Assembly: GCA_964448395.1 (NCBI GenBank)
Contig: CAYUWM010000006.1
Span: 1 to 44,177, forward strand
Origin: an uncultured Dehalococcoidales bacterium
GTDB lineage: Bacteria; Chloroflexota; Dehalococcoidia; E44-bin15
Direction: 5' to 3'
DNA length: 44,177 nt
This document shows, one piece after another, positions 18,183 through 27,580 of this stretch (within the stretch, counting starts at the first letter, position 1; the number at the start of each line of letters is the position of its first letter). The position numbers and the translations under genes were made by a program. Under the pieces are notes generated by a model. The model saw only the letters and a program-made list of their open reading frames with translations. It did no database searches and was not told where the DNA came from.

Positions 18183-21100
18183 ATGGCAAATAAGGGCCAA
18201 AAAACAAAACAATCAAGTCCGCAAAGCGGCGAGGATAGGTTCAGGGAGCTGCTTGAATCACTGCCCCAGATGGTGTGTGAGACGGATCTGGAGGGGAACC
18301 TGACGTTCGCCAATAAGGTGGCCTTCGACACCTTCGGTTACAGCCAGCGGGATTTCGAACTTGGTATCAATATCTTCGATATGGTTTCCCCTGAGGACAG
18401 AGACGTGGCCATGGATAACCTGCTGAGGATAATCGCCGGTGAAAAGCTGGGCGCCGACGAATGCATGGCCCAGCGGAAAGATGGCACCAAGTTCCCGATC
18501 ATAGTTCAGGGAAGCCGTATTGTCAATGCTAAAGGTAAAGCCTCCGGATTCAGGTCATTTGTCATAGATATAAGTGAGCGAAAAAAAACAGAAGAGGCTC
18601 TCCGCGACTCGGAAGAGAAACTGCGCACCGTTTTTGAATCCATGGCAGACGCTATCGTCATCACCGATATGGAACTTAAAGTTATCGATGTAAATGAGGC
18701 TGCACTACGCATGGGGGGCTATAGTTCAAAGGAAGAACTCATAGGCATAAATGGACTTGACTTCATCTCTCCCAAAAACAGAATAAACGCGATCGAATCA
18801 TTCGGCAAGGCACTGGAATCGAGTCGCCCTGAAGAACGGCTGGAATACGCACTACTTCATAAGTCCGGCAGGGAACTGAACGTCGAATTAAGCATAGCGA
18901 TGCTGCACGACAGTTCCGGGAACCCAGCCGGATTCATCGCCATCGCCCGGGACGTTTTTGAGCGCAAGCGAACGGAGTCAGCGCTGAGGGAAAGCGAGGC
19001 CATGTTCAGAGAACTGTTTGAGAACATGAGCAGCGGCGTAGCCGTATATGAGCCTATAGATTCAGGTAAGCACTTCGTTTTCAAAGACCTCAACAGCGCA
19101 GGCGAGATGATCTCTAACGTAAAGAAGGATGAGCTTATCGGCAAAACCATTCACGAGGCCTTCCCTAACCTGAAACAATCGGGGCTGATTGACTCAGTAC
19201 GAAGGGTCTGGGAAACGGGAGAGCCGGAGCATGTACCGCCGATATATAACAAAGACGAACGCCGCTCCGGATGGAGAGAGAATAACATATATAAACTTCC
19301 TTCCGGCGATGTCGTTGCCGTCTATGACGATGTCACCGAGCGCATGGAGGCAGAGGAAGCGCTGCGGGAGTCGGAGGAAAAGTTCCGCCTGGTATTCGAA
19401 TCTATAGAAGATCTGCTCCTCGTCATGGATCTTGAGGGTATAATCGTAGAAGTTAACGAGGCAACACTTCATATATTCGGATACAGAAGTAAGGATGAAC
19501 TCATAGGCAGAAACAGCGCCGAATTGGTGGCAACGAAGGACCGTGGTAGAGTCATAAAAAATGCACTAAAAATTATAGAACAGGGCTCAGCCAGAGGGAT
19601 ATCAGAGTACCACGTCGTAACGCTTATAGCCGCAGATGGCCATGAATTCGAAGTTGAGTTCAGCATCGCTCTAGAGCGTGATGCCTCAGGTCAGGTTGTG
19701 GGCATCATCGGCATTGCTCACGACATCACCGAGCGCAAGCGCATGGAGGAAGCGCTGCGTGAGAGCGAAGAGAAACTCAGTGTCATGTTCTCATCCATCG
19801 AAGATGGAATCGTGGTCGTCGATCTGGCAGGTAATATCGTCGATGTGAACCGGGCAACGCTTCGCTTGCACGGTTATAGCAGCAGAGATGAGCTTATCAG
19901 TCGAAACAGCCTGGACCTCATCGCCGAGGATTCCCGAGCGGGGGCAATTGAGACTATGATGAAAGCGCTGGGGGAGAAACGGGGTGCCACACTGGAGTAC
20001 ACGCTGCTGAAAAAGGACGGGGGCAAGGCGGATGGCGAGGGTAGCGTCAATCTTTTTAGTGACAGCTCCGGGAATCCGCTCGGCATCGTTGTAGTGACCA
20101 GGGAGATCACTGCGCGCAAGCGAATAGAGCGAGCGCTGCGCGAATCTGAAGAGCGTTATCGCTCGGTGATAGAGAATGCAAACGATGCTATAGTTGTAGC
20201 CCAAGACGGTTTCCTCAGATTCTTTAACCCCAAGGCGATGGAGATCATGGGCTACTCACGGGATGAGCTTTCGTCCACACCCTTCCTCGATGTTATACAC
20301 CCCGACGACCGGCAGATGGTAGCCGACCGTCATCTGCGCCGACTCGCGGGTGAAGAGCTGCCCTCGGTATACGCCTTCCGCATCATTGACAAACGAGGCA
20401 ATATAAAATGGCTGGAGATCAACTCGGTGGTGATACAGTGGGAAGAGAAACCTGCTACCCTAAACTTCCTGAGCGATATCACCGAACGCAAGTCAGCGGA
20501 ACGGGTCCTCCAGAAACGCAATCGGGAACTCACCGCTATAAACGCTATAGCGCAGTCGCTGACTCAATATACCAGATTGAACAAGGTTCTTCAGACTGCG
20601 CTTTACAGCACCCTTGAGGTCACCGGCTTGCTCACTGGAGGCATATGGCTCCTCGATGAAGGCAAGGGTAAACTGGTACTTGCCATTCACAGGGGATTTG
20701 GCAGGAGATTCGAACGGGCTATGGTCAGAATGCCCATGGAAATAGGCGTCGCCGGTAAGGTGATGGCCATATCCGATATCCACGCAAACAAAGAGCTGCA
20801 TCCTAAGTACAAAGAGACAGCCCGCCTGGATGGCTTGCAATCCGCCATCAGCATTCCCCTTAAGTCAAAAGGTAAGACACTGGGAGTAATAAATTTATTC
20901 AGTCACAACCGCCGAGATTTCCCCGCTGAGGATATCCAATTGCTGGAGACAATAGGTGGCGAGATAGGTGTTGCCATCGAAAATGCTAAACTGCTCGAAA
21001 AGCTGAGTGAGCAATCCGAAACTGATGAACTGACCGGGCTGTATAACCGCCGCCATTTCTACGATACCCTCGATAACGAGACCTACAGTACATGGCGCTC

Positions 21101-22115
21101 CGGACGCTCTTTCTCCTTGGCCATACTCGACCTTGACGGTTTCAAGAGATACAATGACCGATTTGGCCACATCAGCGGCGATGCAGTGCTGAAGCACTTT
21201 GCCAACGCAATCAAGCTGGCTATACGCAAGAGTGATATCGCTTTCCGCTATGGCGGCGACGAGTTTGCTGTGATACTGCCATCAACCAGCGCCGATAGGG
21301 CTAAAAAGATTATCGAACGAATTAGAGATAAGTGGCCTAAAATTGCACAGGAACAGTATCCCGTTTTAGAAAACCCTATAAGGTTCAGCGCCGGAATAGC
21401 CCAGTTTCCCGACGATTCGGAAACGTCAGATGGCCTGGTTTTCCTGGCAGATACCTCCCTGTTTACCGCCAAAAGAGGCAAAGGCTACAAAACCACAATG
21501 GCATCCGAGCTCGGTGAACTCCCTATAGATGCCCGGGGCCCGGCAACGCTCGATCAGGTTTACGCCCTGGCATCCACCGTTGATGCCAGATCCCCCTACA
21601 CGTCCGGCCATTCTAACAGGGTCGCCACCGTAGCATCGGTGATAGGCAGGGCTATCGGGCTGTCTCCGGAGGAAATGGAACAGCTAACGACAGCCTCTTT
21701 GCTACATGACATCGGGAAGCTAGGCGTTCCCGACTTAATACTCAGGAAGCCTGAAACACTCACCAGAGACGAGCGTCGCGTAATAGAGAAACACGCTGCA
21801 GAAGGGGCTAAAATCCTCAGTCACGTGAGCGAGCTGACAGCACTGGCCCCCATAGTGCGGCATCACCATGAATGGTATAACGGAGAGGGCTATCCGGAAA
21901 GGCTGAAGGGTGAGGACATACCGCTGCTTTCCCGGATCATCACCGTGGCCGACTCGTACGACACCATGGTCACCCCACTGCCGCACCGGCAGGCTATGAC
22001 CCACGAAGATGCGCTGGACGAATTGAGGCGGTACGCGGGTGTACAGTTCGATCCCGATCTGGTAGAGTCATTCGCCGAAAGCGCCAGCGACGGCATTCCT
22101 CAGGCAGAAACCTGA
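18183..22115 (+). CDS. Multi-PAS + GAF + GGDEF diguanylate cyclase + HD-GYP phosphodiesterase
   Basis: Repeated PAS/PAC units ending in 'DI(T/S)ERKxxExALRxSE', a GAF domain, RKSD I-site with GGDEF, 'LLHDIGK' and 'GEGYP'. Confidence 0.93.
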   Translation: MANKGQKTKQSSPQSGEDRFRELLESLPQMVCETDLEGNLTFANKVAFDTFGYSQRDFELGINIFDMVSPEDRDVAMDNLLRIIAGEKLGADECMAQRKDGTKFPIIVQGSRIVNAKGKASGFRSFVIDISERKKTEEALRDSEEKLRTVFESMADAIVITDMELKVIDVNEAALRMGGYSSKEELIGINGLDFISPKNRINAIESFGKALESSRPEERLEYALLHKSGRELNVELSIAMLHDSSGNPAGFIAIARDVFERKRTESALRESEAMFRELFENMSSGVAVYEPIDSGKHFVFKDLNSAGEMISNVKKDELIGKTIHEAFPNLKQSGLIDSVRRVWETGEPEHVPPIYNKDERRSGWRENNIYKLPSGDVVAVYDDVTERMEAEEALRESEEKFRLVFESIEDLLLVMDLEGIIVEVNEATLHIFGYRSKDELIGRNSAELVATKDRGRVIKNALKIIEQGSARGISEYHVVTLIAADGHEFEVEFSIALERDASGQVVGIIGIAHDITERKRMEEALRESEEKLSVMFSSIEDGIVVVDLAGNIVDVNRATLRLHGYSSRDELISRNSLDLIAEDSRAGAIETMMKALGEKRGATLEYTLLKKDGGKADGEGSVNLFSDSSGNPLGIVVVTREITARKRIERALRESEERYRSVIENANDAIVVAQDGFLRFFNPKAMEIMGYSRDELSSTPFLDVIHPDDRQMVADRHLRRLAGEELPSVYAFRIIDKRGNIKWLEINSVVIQWEEKPATLNFLSDITERKSAERVLQKRNRELTAINAIAQSLTQYTRLNKVLQTALYSTLEVTGLLTGGIWLLDEGKGKLVLAIHRGFGRRFERAMVRMPMEIGVAGKVMAISDIHANKELHPKYKETARLDGLQSAISIPLKSKGKTLGVINLFSHNRRDFPAEDIQLLETIGGEIGVAIENAKLLEKLSEQSETDELTGLYNRRHFYDTLDNETYSTWRSGRSFSLAILDLDGFKRYNDRFGHISGDAVLKHFANAIKLAIRKSDIAFRYGGDEFAVILPSTSADRAKKIIERIRDKWPKIAQEQYPVLENPIRFSAGIAQFPDDSETSDGLVFLADTSLFTAKRGKGYKTTMASELGELPIDARGPATLDQVYALASTVDARSPYTSGHSNRVATVASVIGRAIGLSPEEMEQLTTASLLHDIGKLGVPDLILRKPETLTRDERRVIEKHAAEGAKILSHVSELTALAPIVRHHHEWYNGEGYPERLKGEDIPLLSRIITVADSYDTMVTPLPHRQAMTHEDALDELRRYAGVQFDPDLVESFAESASDGIPQAET

Positions 22116-22127
22116 TACACCGGATGC

Positions 22128-23432
22128 CTAAACCGGCGTGATACGAAGCTTGATATCCTCCACCACCAGCTCGGCGCTCTTGGCGCAAGCCGGCAGGCCG
22201 AGCCAGCCCGGCGGCTTCACCCCGTCCCCCACGTTGTACAGGTTCTCTATGGGGGTCTTCTGCGGCATATCATACCCCGGCCAGCTGAAATACCCGGGGC
22301 AATCCCCCCGGAAATAGCTCACCGTCAATATCTCGGCTCTGCTGTCGAAATCCGGTATATTATCCCTCAATTCTTGAATGATCTGCGCCTTATCTGCCTT
22401 TACATCGTAAGGCGGCAGCGAGGAAAGCGGCGTCCCCCCCGCCATCAGCATGTGCTTCCCCTCCGGTGCAAGCGCCGGACAAACCAGCGTCGGCGTGTTC
22501 AGACAGCTCAACCTCTGCCCCAGTATGAACACCAGAGAGTCACAATCAACCAGCGGCTCATCGCTGGCGACATGCACCGCAATGAAAGGCGCCGGCCTCA
22601 GCTTTTCTTCCATCAGGTCGAGGTACCAGCGTTCGAAGTTGTCGTCCCCCGCCAATTCGACCGTCTTTCTGGGGCCGGTGTTGCTGACCACCGCCTTGGC
22701 CTTAATCGCCATCGACCCTGCTCCATTACGGACCACCACCCCACAGGCCTTCCCTCCCTCTACCACGATACGTTCTGCCGGACAACGGGTCATCACCCGA
22801 CTACCCTTGGCCTCTATCGCCTTTACCAGCGATTCCATCAACACCAGGTTACCGTGTGGGGCGATCCCGACCCCGGTGCCCTTTTGCGCTTTCAGATAAT
22901 CGAAGAATTTACCCGCCGGCAGCTCGTCATCGTTGATGAAATGCGTGGGGCTGACCATGGACCAGAATACCCGCATAATCCTCTCGTTATCCGTAAACTG
23001 ACTAACCCACTCGCGCAGCGAGATATTATCTCCGGGCTGCTGCCAAACGAATGCCTTCTTCAACCCCTCCATCACCCGCGCCGTCTCCGATTCGTCACGG
23101 GCAACCTTGGAGATGAACGACCGCATCCCCCCCTTGGCCGGCATATCGTAGTCCTTGCCGTCCACCCGATATCGAAATGGCGAAGCGAGAGTAACGTCCA
23201 TCCTGGCCCCCACCGAATCGAACACCCGCTCCACCACTCCCCCAGTCTCTATCTCTATAGCGCCGGTGGTGATCTTGTATCCCCTGTGCTCGATGGTGGA
23301 GTTCCTCCCCCCTATACGGTTCATTTTCTCCGTCACCAGCACCTTATATCCGCTTGCGGTCAGCAGTGCCGCCGCCGAGAGCCCCCCCATCCCGGAACCG
23401 ATAACTACCACATCATAACTGTCTTGCTCCAT
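22128..23432 (-). CDS. Fourth phytoene dehydrogenase-like (COG1233) FAD oxidoreductase
   Basis: 'VIGSGMGGLSAAALL...EKMNRIGG', 'KTPIENLYNVGD'. GGAGG RBS. Confidence 0.85.
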   Translation of the reverse strand: MEQDSYDVVVIGSGMGGLSAAALLTASGYKVLVTEKMNRIGGRNSTIEHRGYKITTGAIEIETGGVVERVFDSVGARMDVTLASPFRYRVDGKDYDMPAKGGMRSFISKVARDESETARVMEGLKKAFVWQQPGDNISLREWVSQFTDNERIMRVFWSMVSPTHFINDDELPAGKFFDYLKAQKGTGVGIAPHGNLVLMESLVKAIEAKGSRVMTRCPAERIVVEGGKACGVVVRNGAGSMAIKAKAVVSNTGPRKTVELAGDDNFERWYLDLMEEKLRPAPFIAVHVASDEPLVDCDSLVFILGQRLSCLNTPTLVCPALAPEGKHMLMAGGTPLSSLPPYDVKADKAQIIQELRDNIPDFDSRAEILTVSYFRGDCPGYFSWPGYDMPQKTPIENLYNVGDGVKPPGWLGLPACAKSAELVVEDIKLRITPV

Positions 23433-23522
23433 TTGAACCTCCGACTAAACCATTATCCGGGGAAAGTCGCAGCCAGTCAATCCCGCACAACACCGAATAC
23501 ATCAGAGCCGATTTGGGTATCG

Positions 23523-23551
23523 ACAATTATCGTAATATACCACGATATTGT
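23523..23551. promoter_or_regulatory. Imperfect inverted repeat in the divergent promoter region (candidate operator)
   Basis: ACAAT(T)ATCGT-N8-ACGATATTGT, 24 nt upstream of the core-MetE ATG. Confidence 0.4.
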
Positions 23552-23575
23552 TTATACTATGAATAAAGGGGCAAC

Positions 23576-24664
23576 ATGACAATCGATGCCAGCTGTAAAA
23601 CCACCGCCATGGGGATCATGCCCCACACCGATATCGATCGGGCGCTGGAACTGGCCTTGGGGCTGGATATCCCGTTCTTCCCCCAGCTCCCCAAGGTAGA
23701 CTTCCACGAGGACATGTACGCACAGGCATCGCAGAACTTCCCCGGCATCGAGGTTGACGTATCACACGAAAGGGTGGACTTCAATACCGAAAGATTTCAC
23801 CAGGAGATGAGCGACTACACGGACAGGATGGCCGATGCGAAAACCTTTAACCTGACCAGCGAATACTCAGTGGTCTACCACCGTTTCTTGGAGAAGGACT
23901 TAGGCAGCTACGAGGCGATACGGGGACAGCTCACCGGGCCGGTCAGCTTCGGGTTCAAGGTGGTGGACGAGAACAAGAAGCCCATCATTTACGACGACGA
24001 GATAAGGACTATACTGTTCGATTTCCTGCAGCGCAAAACCAACGTCCAGTACCAGCAGCTCAAACAGAAGAACCGCAACGCTTTCGTCTGGCTCGACGAG
24101 CCTGGCCTGGGGTGGGTCTTCAGCGGCCTGTCCGGCTACCTTGACCAACAGGCAAAGGAGGAGTACCGCGGCTTCCTCGACGGGCTCGAGGGGCCCAGGG
24201 CGCTGCACCTATGCGCCAACGTAAACCTGCCCTACCTGCTATCGCTGGGCCTGGACATCCTGTCATTCGATGCGTACCAGATCGAGACAATGCCCAGGGG
24301 GTATGCCTCATCGGTGGCCGATTTCACCGAGGCCGGCGGCATCGTGTGCTGGGGCATTGTGCCCACCGATTCGACAAACCTCAGCGCGGAGACGCCCGAC
24401 TCACTGGCACAGCGGCTTATCGATTATTGGGACGTGGTGGCCCAAAACTCCACTACTACGACAGAGCGCATTGCCCGGCAGGCCCTGATAGCACCAGCGC
24501 GGTGCTGTCTCAAGAACATCGGGCAGGTCGGCGCCACCGGTGAAAACGGCTCCCCGTCGGGAGCCTCATGCGGGCTCTCCAGTATCGAGGAGGAACTGGT
24601 AGAGAAGGCATTTGGGGTCATCAAAGAGGTATCGTCTATCTTACGTGATAAATACGGTATTTGA
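23576..24664 (+). CDS. Short 'core' methionine synthase (MetE catalytic-domain-only family)
   Basis: 'MGIMPH...PFFPQLP', 'GQLTGPVSF', 'WLDEP', Zn ligands in 'HLC', 'WGIVPT', late Cys in 'PARCCL'. Lacks the folate-binding N-terminal half. Confidence 0.75.
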   Translation: MTIDASCKTTAMGIMPHTDIDRALELALGLDIPFFPQLPKVDFHEDMYAQASQNFPGIEVDVSHERVDFNTERFHQEMSDYTDRMADAKTFNLTSEYSVVYHRFLEKDLGSYEAIRGQLTGPVSFGFKVVDENKKPIIYDDEIRTILFDFLQRKTNVQYQQLKQKNRNAFVWLDEPGLGWVFSGLSGYLDQQAKEEYRGFLDGLEGPRALHLCANVNLPYLLSLGLDILSFDAYQIETMPRGYASSVADFTEAGGIVCWGIVPTDSTNLSAETPDSLAQRLIDYWDVVAQNSTTTTERIARQALIAPARCCLKNIGQVGATGENGSPSGASCGLSSIEEELVEKAFGVIKEVSSILRDKYGI

Positions 24665-24690
24665 TTCCCAGAACCGCTCGGCGAAATCCC

Positions 24691-24719
24691 TTGACAACCG
24701 GCCTGCCCTGCGCTAGTAT
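24691..24719 (+). promoter_or_regulatory. Sigma70-type promoter upstream of the stress island
   Basis: TTGACA (24691-24696), 17-nt spacer, TAGTAT (24714-24719). Confidence 0.6.
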
Positions 24720-24779
24720 GCGTCTACCTATGGATTTCTATACCGAGCGGTTCGAACCTTTACCTGAGTCAACCCCGAT

Positions 24780-24822
24780 TGAGACTAAAGTCGCATACAT
24801 CACGATTGAACACCGTTAGAAT
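24780..24822 (+). promoter_or_regulatory. Crp/Fnr box 1 with a class II promoter
   Basis: TGAGA-CTAAAG-TCGCA (24780-24795) and -10 TAGAAT (24817-24822). Box centre at about -41.5. Confidence 0.75.
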
Positions 24823-24848
24823 CAACAAAGTACCGGAGGGACATATAA

Positions 24849-25415
24849 TTGAAAGTCCTGGGGATTATGGGCAGCCCGCGGATAAAGGGGAACACCGACC
24901 TGCTCCTCGACGAAGCCCTCAAAGGGGCACAGGAGCAGGGTGCAGAGGTCGAAAAGATACTCGTTGATAAGCTCGATATCGCTCCCTGCCGCGAGTACTA
25001 CGGCTGCGAGAAAGACGGCAACTGCGTTATAAGGGACGATATGGATGATATATATCCCAAGCTCCTCGATGCCGGTGCCGTAATCGTAGCCTCTCCGATG
25101 TTCTTCTACGGGCTTTCCAGCCAGGTCAAGGCGCTGATAGACCGTTCCCAGGCGCTGTGGGCGAGACGATATACCCTCAAACAGGAGCCGCCCGACGGGG
25201 GAAGGAAGGGAGCGTTCATCGCCGTCGGCGCCACCAAGGGCAGGGAACTGTTCACTGGATCGATACTGACAGTTAAATATTTCTTCGAGGCGATCGGAGT
25301 CGAGTATGCCGGCGAGCTGCTCGTCCGGGGTGTCGACAAGAGGGGAGAGATAAAGCAGCATCCATCCGCCCTCTCCGACGCATTCGAATCAGGCAAACGA
25401 TTGGTGCAAAAATAA
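24849..25415 (+). CDS. Flavodoxin / iron-sulfur flavoprotein-like NADPH-dependent FMN reductase
   Basis: 'GSPRIKGNT', 'ASPMFFYG', 'KALIDR'. TTG start after GGAGG. Confidence 0.88.
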   Translation: MKVLGIMGSPRIKGNTDLLLDEALKGAQEQGAEVEKILVDKLDIAPCREYYGCEKDGNCVIRDDMDDIYPKLLDAGAVIVASPMFFYGLSSQVKALIDRSQALWARRYTLKQEPPDGGRKGAFIAVGATKGRELFTGSILTVKYFFEAIGVEYAGELLVRGVDKRGEIKQHPSALSDAFESGKRLVQK

Positions 25416-25439
25416 TGTTCATCATCGGAGGATAGCGAC

Positions 25440-25628
25440 ATGGCGTGTAAAAAACCAGTTACATCGATCGAGGATGAGATAAAGGCGTCCCTGGTTGACG
25501 GCAAGCTGCCCTGCGCGGTGGCGTTCGGCATCGCCAAGAAGCTCAAGGTCAGCCCCCGGCAGGTGGGCGATACGGCCAACGATTTGCAGATAAAGATAGC
25601 TACCTGCCAGTTGGGCTGCTTCCCGTAG
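25440..25628 (+). CDS. Small hypothetical protein with 'LPC' and C-terminal 'CQLGCF' motifs
   Basis: 62 aa, GGAGG RBS, lies within the operon. Motif pattern is one I recognise from small proteins of anaerobes. Confidence 0.8.
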   Translation: MACKKPVTSIEDEIKASLVDGKLPCAVAFGIAKKLKVSPRQVGDTANDLQIKIATCQLGCFP

Positions 25629-25667
25629 GATTGCGGAACGATAGGCGCAGGTATAGAATTTAGAGGT

Positions 25668-26096
25668 ATGCAGATGGCAAACGGTAACGGCGATCGAGAG
25701 ATAACCTTTGATGCCGGAACGATAAAGCACGACCAATTGGAGGCGGTGCTGAACACCCTGCCGGTCGATATCACCTTCGTGGACAAGGACGATACGGTGA
25801 GATACTTTAACCAGCCAGGCAAGCGCATCTTCGCCCGGGGGAAAGCGGTCATCGGCCGCAAGGTGCAGCAATGCCATCCCCAGAAGAGCTTGGATAAGGT
25901 AAGCAGCATCGTAGGTGAGTTCAAGAGCGGCAAGCGCGATGTCGCCGATTTCTGGATCCAGATGAAGGGCAGGGTGGTCTCCATACGCTTCTTCCCCGTC
26001 CGCGATAAAGAGGGTAATTACCTCGGCTGCCTGGAGGTGGTACAGGACATCACCGAGCTGCAGAAGCTGAAGGGTGAGAAGAGGCTGCTGGATTAA
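25668..26096 (+). CDS. Stand-alone PAS domain protein (DUF438-associated PAS type)
   Basis: 'LNTLPVDITFVDKDDTVRYFN', 'IGRKVQQCHP', 'YLGCLEVVQDIT'. Confidence 0.85.
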   Translation: MQMANGNGDREITFDAGTIKHDQLEAVLNTLPVDITFVDKDDTVRYFNQPGKRIFARGKAVIGRKVQQCHPQKSLDKVSSIVGEFKSGKRDVADFWIQMKGRVVSIRFFPVRDKEGNYLGCLEVVQDITELQKLKGEKRLLD

Positions 26097-26127
26097 GCCT
26101 GAGTCAGCAATAAAAGAAAGGAGCCGA

Positions 26128-26349
26128 ATGACAAAGATTGAAGACTGGGCAATGGCCAGGGAATCGCTGAGGGAGGAGCTGGATGCCATCAACAAGTATG
26201 AAGGTAGGATAGAGAAGACCGGCGACAACTCTTTGAAAAAGGTGCTCCAGCACAACTCGGACGAGGAGAAGGAACACGTGGCTATGCTGGTCGAGTGGCT
26301 GCGGGAGAACGACCCGACGCAGGACAAGATGTTCGAGGAGCACGACTAA
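26128..26349 (+). CDS. Short ferritin-like protein of the encapsulated-ferritin (EncFtn) type
   Basis: 'SLREELDAINKY', 'HNSDEEKEHVAMLVEWLR..DP'. ATG at 26128 follows AAGGAG. Confidence 0.85.
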   Translation: MTKIEDWAMARESLREELDAINKYEGRIEKTGDNSLKKVLQHNSDEEKEHVAMLVEWLRENDPTQDKMFEEHD

Positions 26350-26384
26350 GTAGTCAATCGCACGAACCAACGAAGGAGGATAAA

Positions 26385-27011
26385 ATGCCTTACACCGCCA
26401 AAGACTACGGCAAACTTTTGGGTATGAAGGGTTTCAGCGATACGCTGCTCAGCAATCACTTCACCCTCTATCAGGGTTATGTAAACAACACAAACAAACT
26501 GTGGGATACGCTCAGCGCCATGCTGAAGGATGGCAAAACGGCCACCCCGGAGTATGCCGAACTTAAACGCCGATTCGGATTCGAGTTTAATGGTATGCGC
26601 CTCCACGAGTATTATTTCGAGAACCTGGGCGGCAAAGGGGCGCCCGGCAAATCAGGCAAGCTGGCCAAGCTGCTACCCGGAGGCTTCGGCAGTTACGAGG
26701 AATGGAAAAAGGACTTCAGGGCGGTGGCCGCCATGCGGGGCATCGGCTGGACCATCCTGTATCAGGACAACACCAACGGCTGGCTGTTCAACCAGTGGAT
26801 CAACGAGCATGAGACCGGCCATGCGGCAGGCTGCACCCCCATCCTGGTGCTGGATGTGTTCGAGCACGCCTTTATGCTGGACTACGGCCTGAAACGGGCC
26901 GACTACATCGACGCATTCTTCAAGAACATCAACTGGGATGCGGTGGAGGCCAGATTAGGGCAATACAACTGTGCAGAACCCGAGGATGTTGATCCTGCGG
27001 CTGAATTCTAA
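26385..27011 (+). CDS. Fe/Mn superoxide dismutase family protein
   Basis: Ligands in 'SNHFTLYQGY', 'MRLHEYYF' and 'LDVFEHAF'. ATG at 26385 follows AAGGAGGA. Confidence 0.9.
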   Translation: MPYTAKDYGKLLGMKGFSDTLLSNHFTLYQGYVNNTNKLWDTLSAMLKDGKTATPEYAELKRRFGFEFNGMRLHEYYFENLGGKGAPGKSGKLAKLLPGGFGSYEEWKKDFRAVAAMRGIGWTILYQDNTNGWLFNQWINEHETGHAAGCTPILVLDVFEHAFMLDYGLKRADYIDAFFKNINWDAVEARLGQYNCAEPEDVDPAAEF

Positions 27012-27055
27012 AATGTTAATAACACTGGACGACAACATTCAAAGATAGGGGGACT

Positions 27056-27562
27056 ATGGACACCAAAGCTTTACACCTCATAAGTTACGGCCTGTATATA
27101 GTAGGCTCGAAAAAGGGTGATAAGATCAACGGCCAGACGGCCAACACCGTGATACAGGTTTCCTCTGAGCCGCCTTTAATCTCGGTATGCATCAACAAGC
27201 AGAACCTGACGCACGAGTTCATCGAGGACAGCGGCGTCTTCACTGCTTCCATCATAGCTCAGGATTCCCCGTTGAGCTTAGTCGGGGGCTTCGGCTTCAA
27301 ATCCGGACGTGACGTGGATAAATTCAAAAGTATCAACCACAAGCTGGGGGAGACCGGCGCGCCCGTAGTGCTGGATGACATCATAGCTTATCTGGAAGCT
27401 AAGGTGATCAACAAGGTCGATGTCGGCACGCATACCATCTTCATCGGAGACCTGGTGGGCGCCGAGGTTCTAAAGGAAGGTGAGCCGATGACTTACGCTT
27501 ATTACCACTTGGTGAAGCGCGGTACTACCCCCAAGACGGCCCCATCCTTCCATGAGGACTAA
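27056..27562 (+). CDS. Flavin reductase-like protein (N-terminal domain type of high-molecular-weight rubredoxin)
   Basis: 'ISYGLYIV', 'INKQNLTH', 'VGTHTIFIG', 'MTYAYYH..KRG.TPK.AP'. Confidence 0.88.
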   Translation: MDTKALHLISYGLYIVGSKKGDKINGQTANTVIQVSSEPPLISVCINKQNLTHEFIEDSGVFTASIIAQDSPLSLVGGFGFKSGRDVDKFKSINHKLGETGAPVVLDDIIAYLEAKVINKVDVGTHTIFIGDLVGAEVLKEGEPMTYAYYHLVKRGTTPKTAPSFHED

Positions 27563-27580
27563 ACGAGAGAGGAGACTGGC

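Noticed and set aside
23456-23471. Possible fifth Crp box (TCCGG-GGAAAG-TCGCA)
   Set aside because: Only the right half-site matches, and there is no correctly spaced -10.
24740-24775. tRNA-like GGTTCGAA
   Set aside because: No cloverleaf or acceptor stem can be folded around it.
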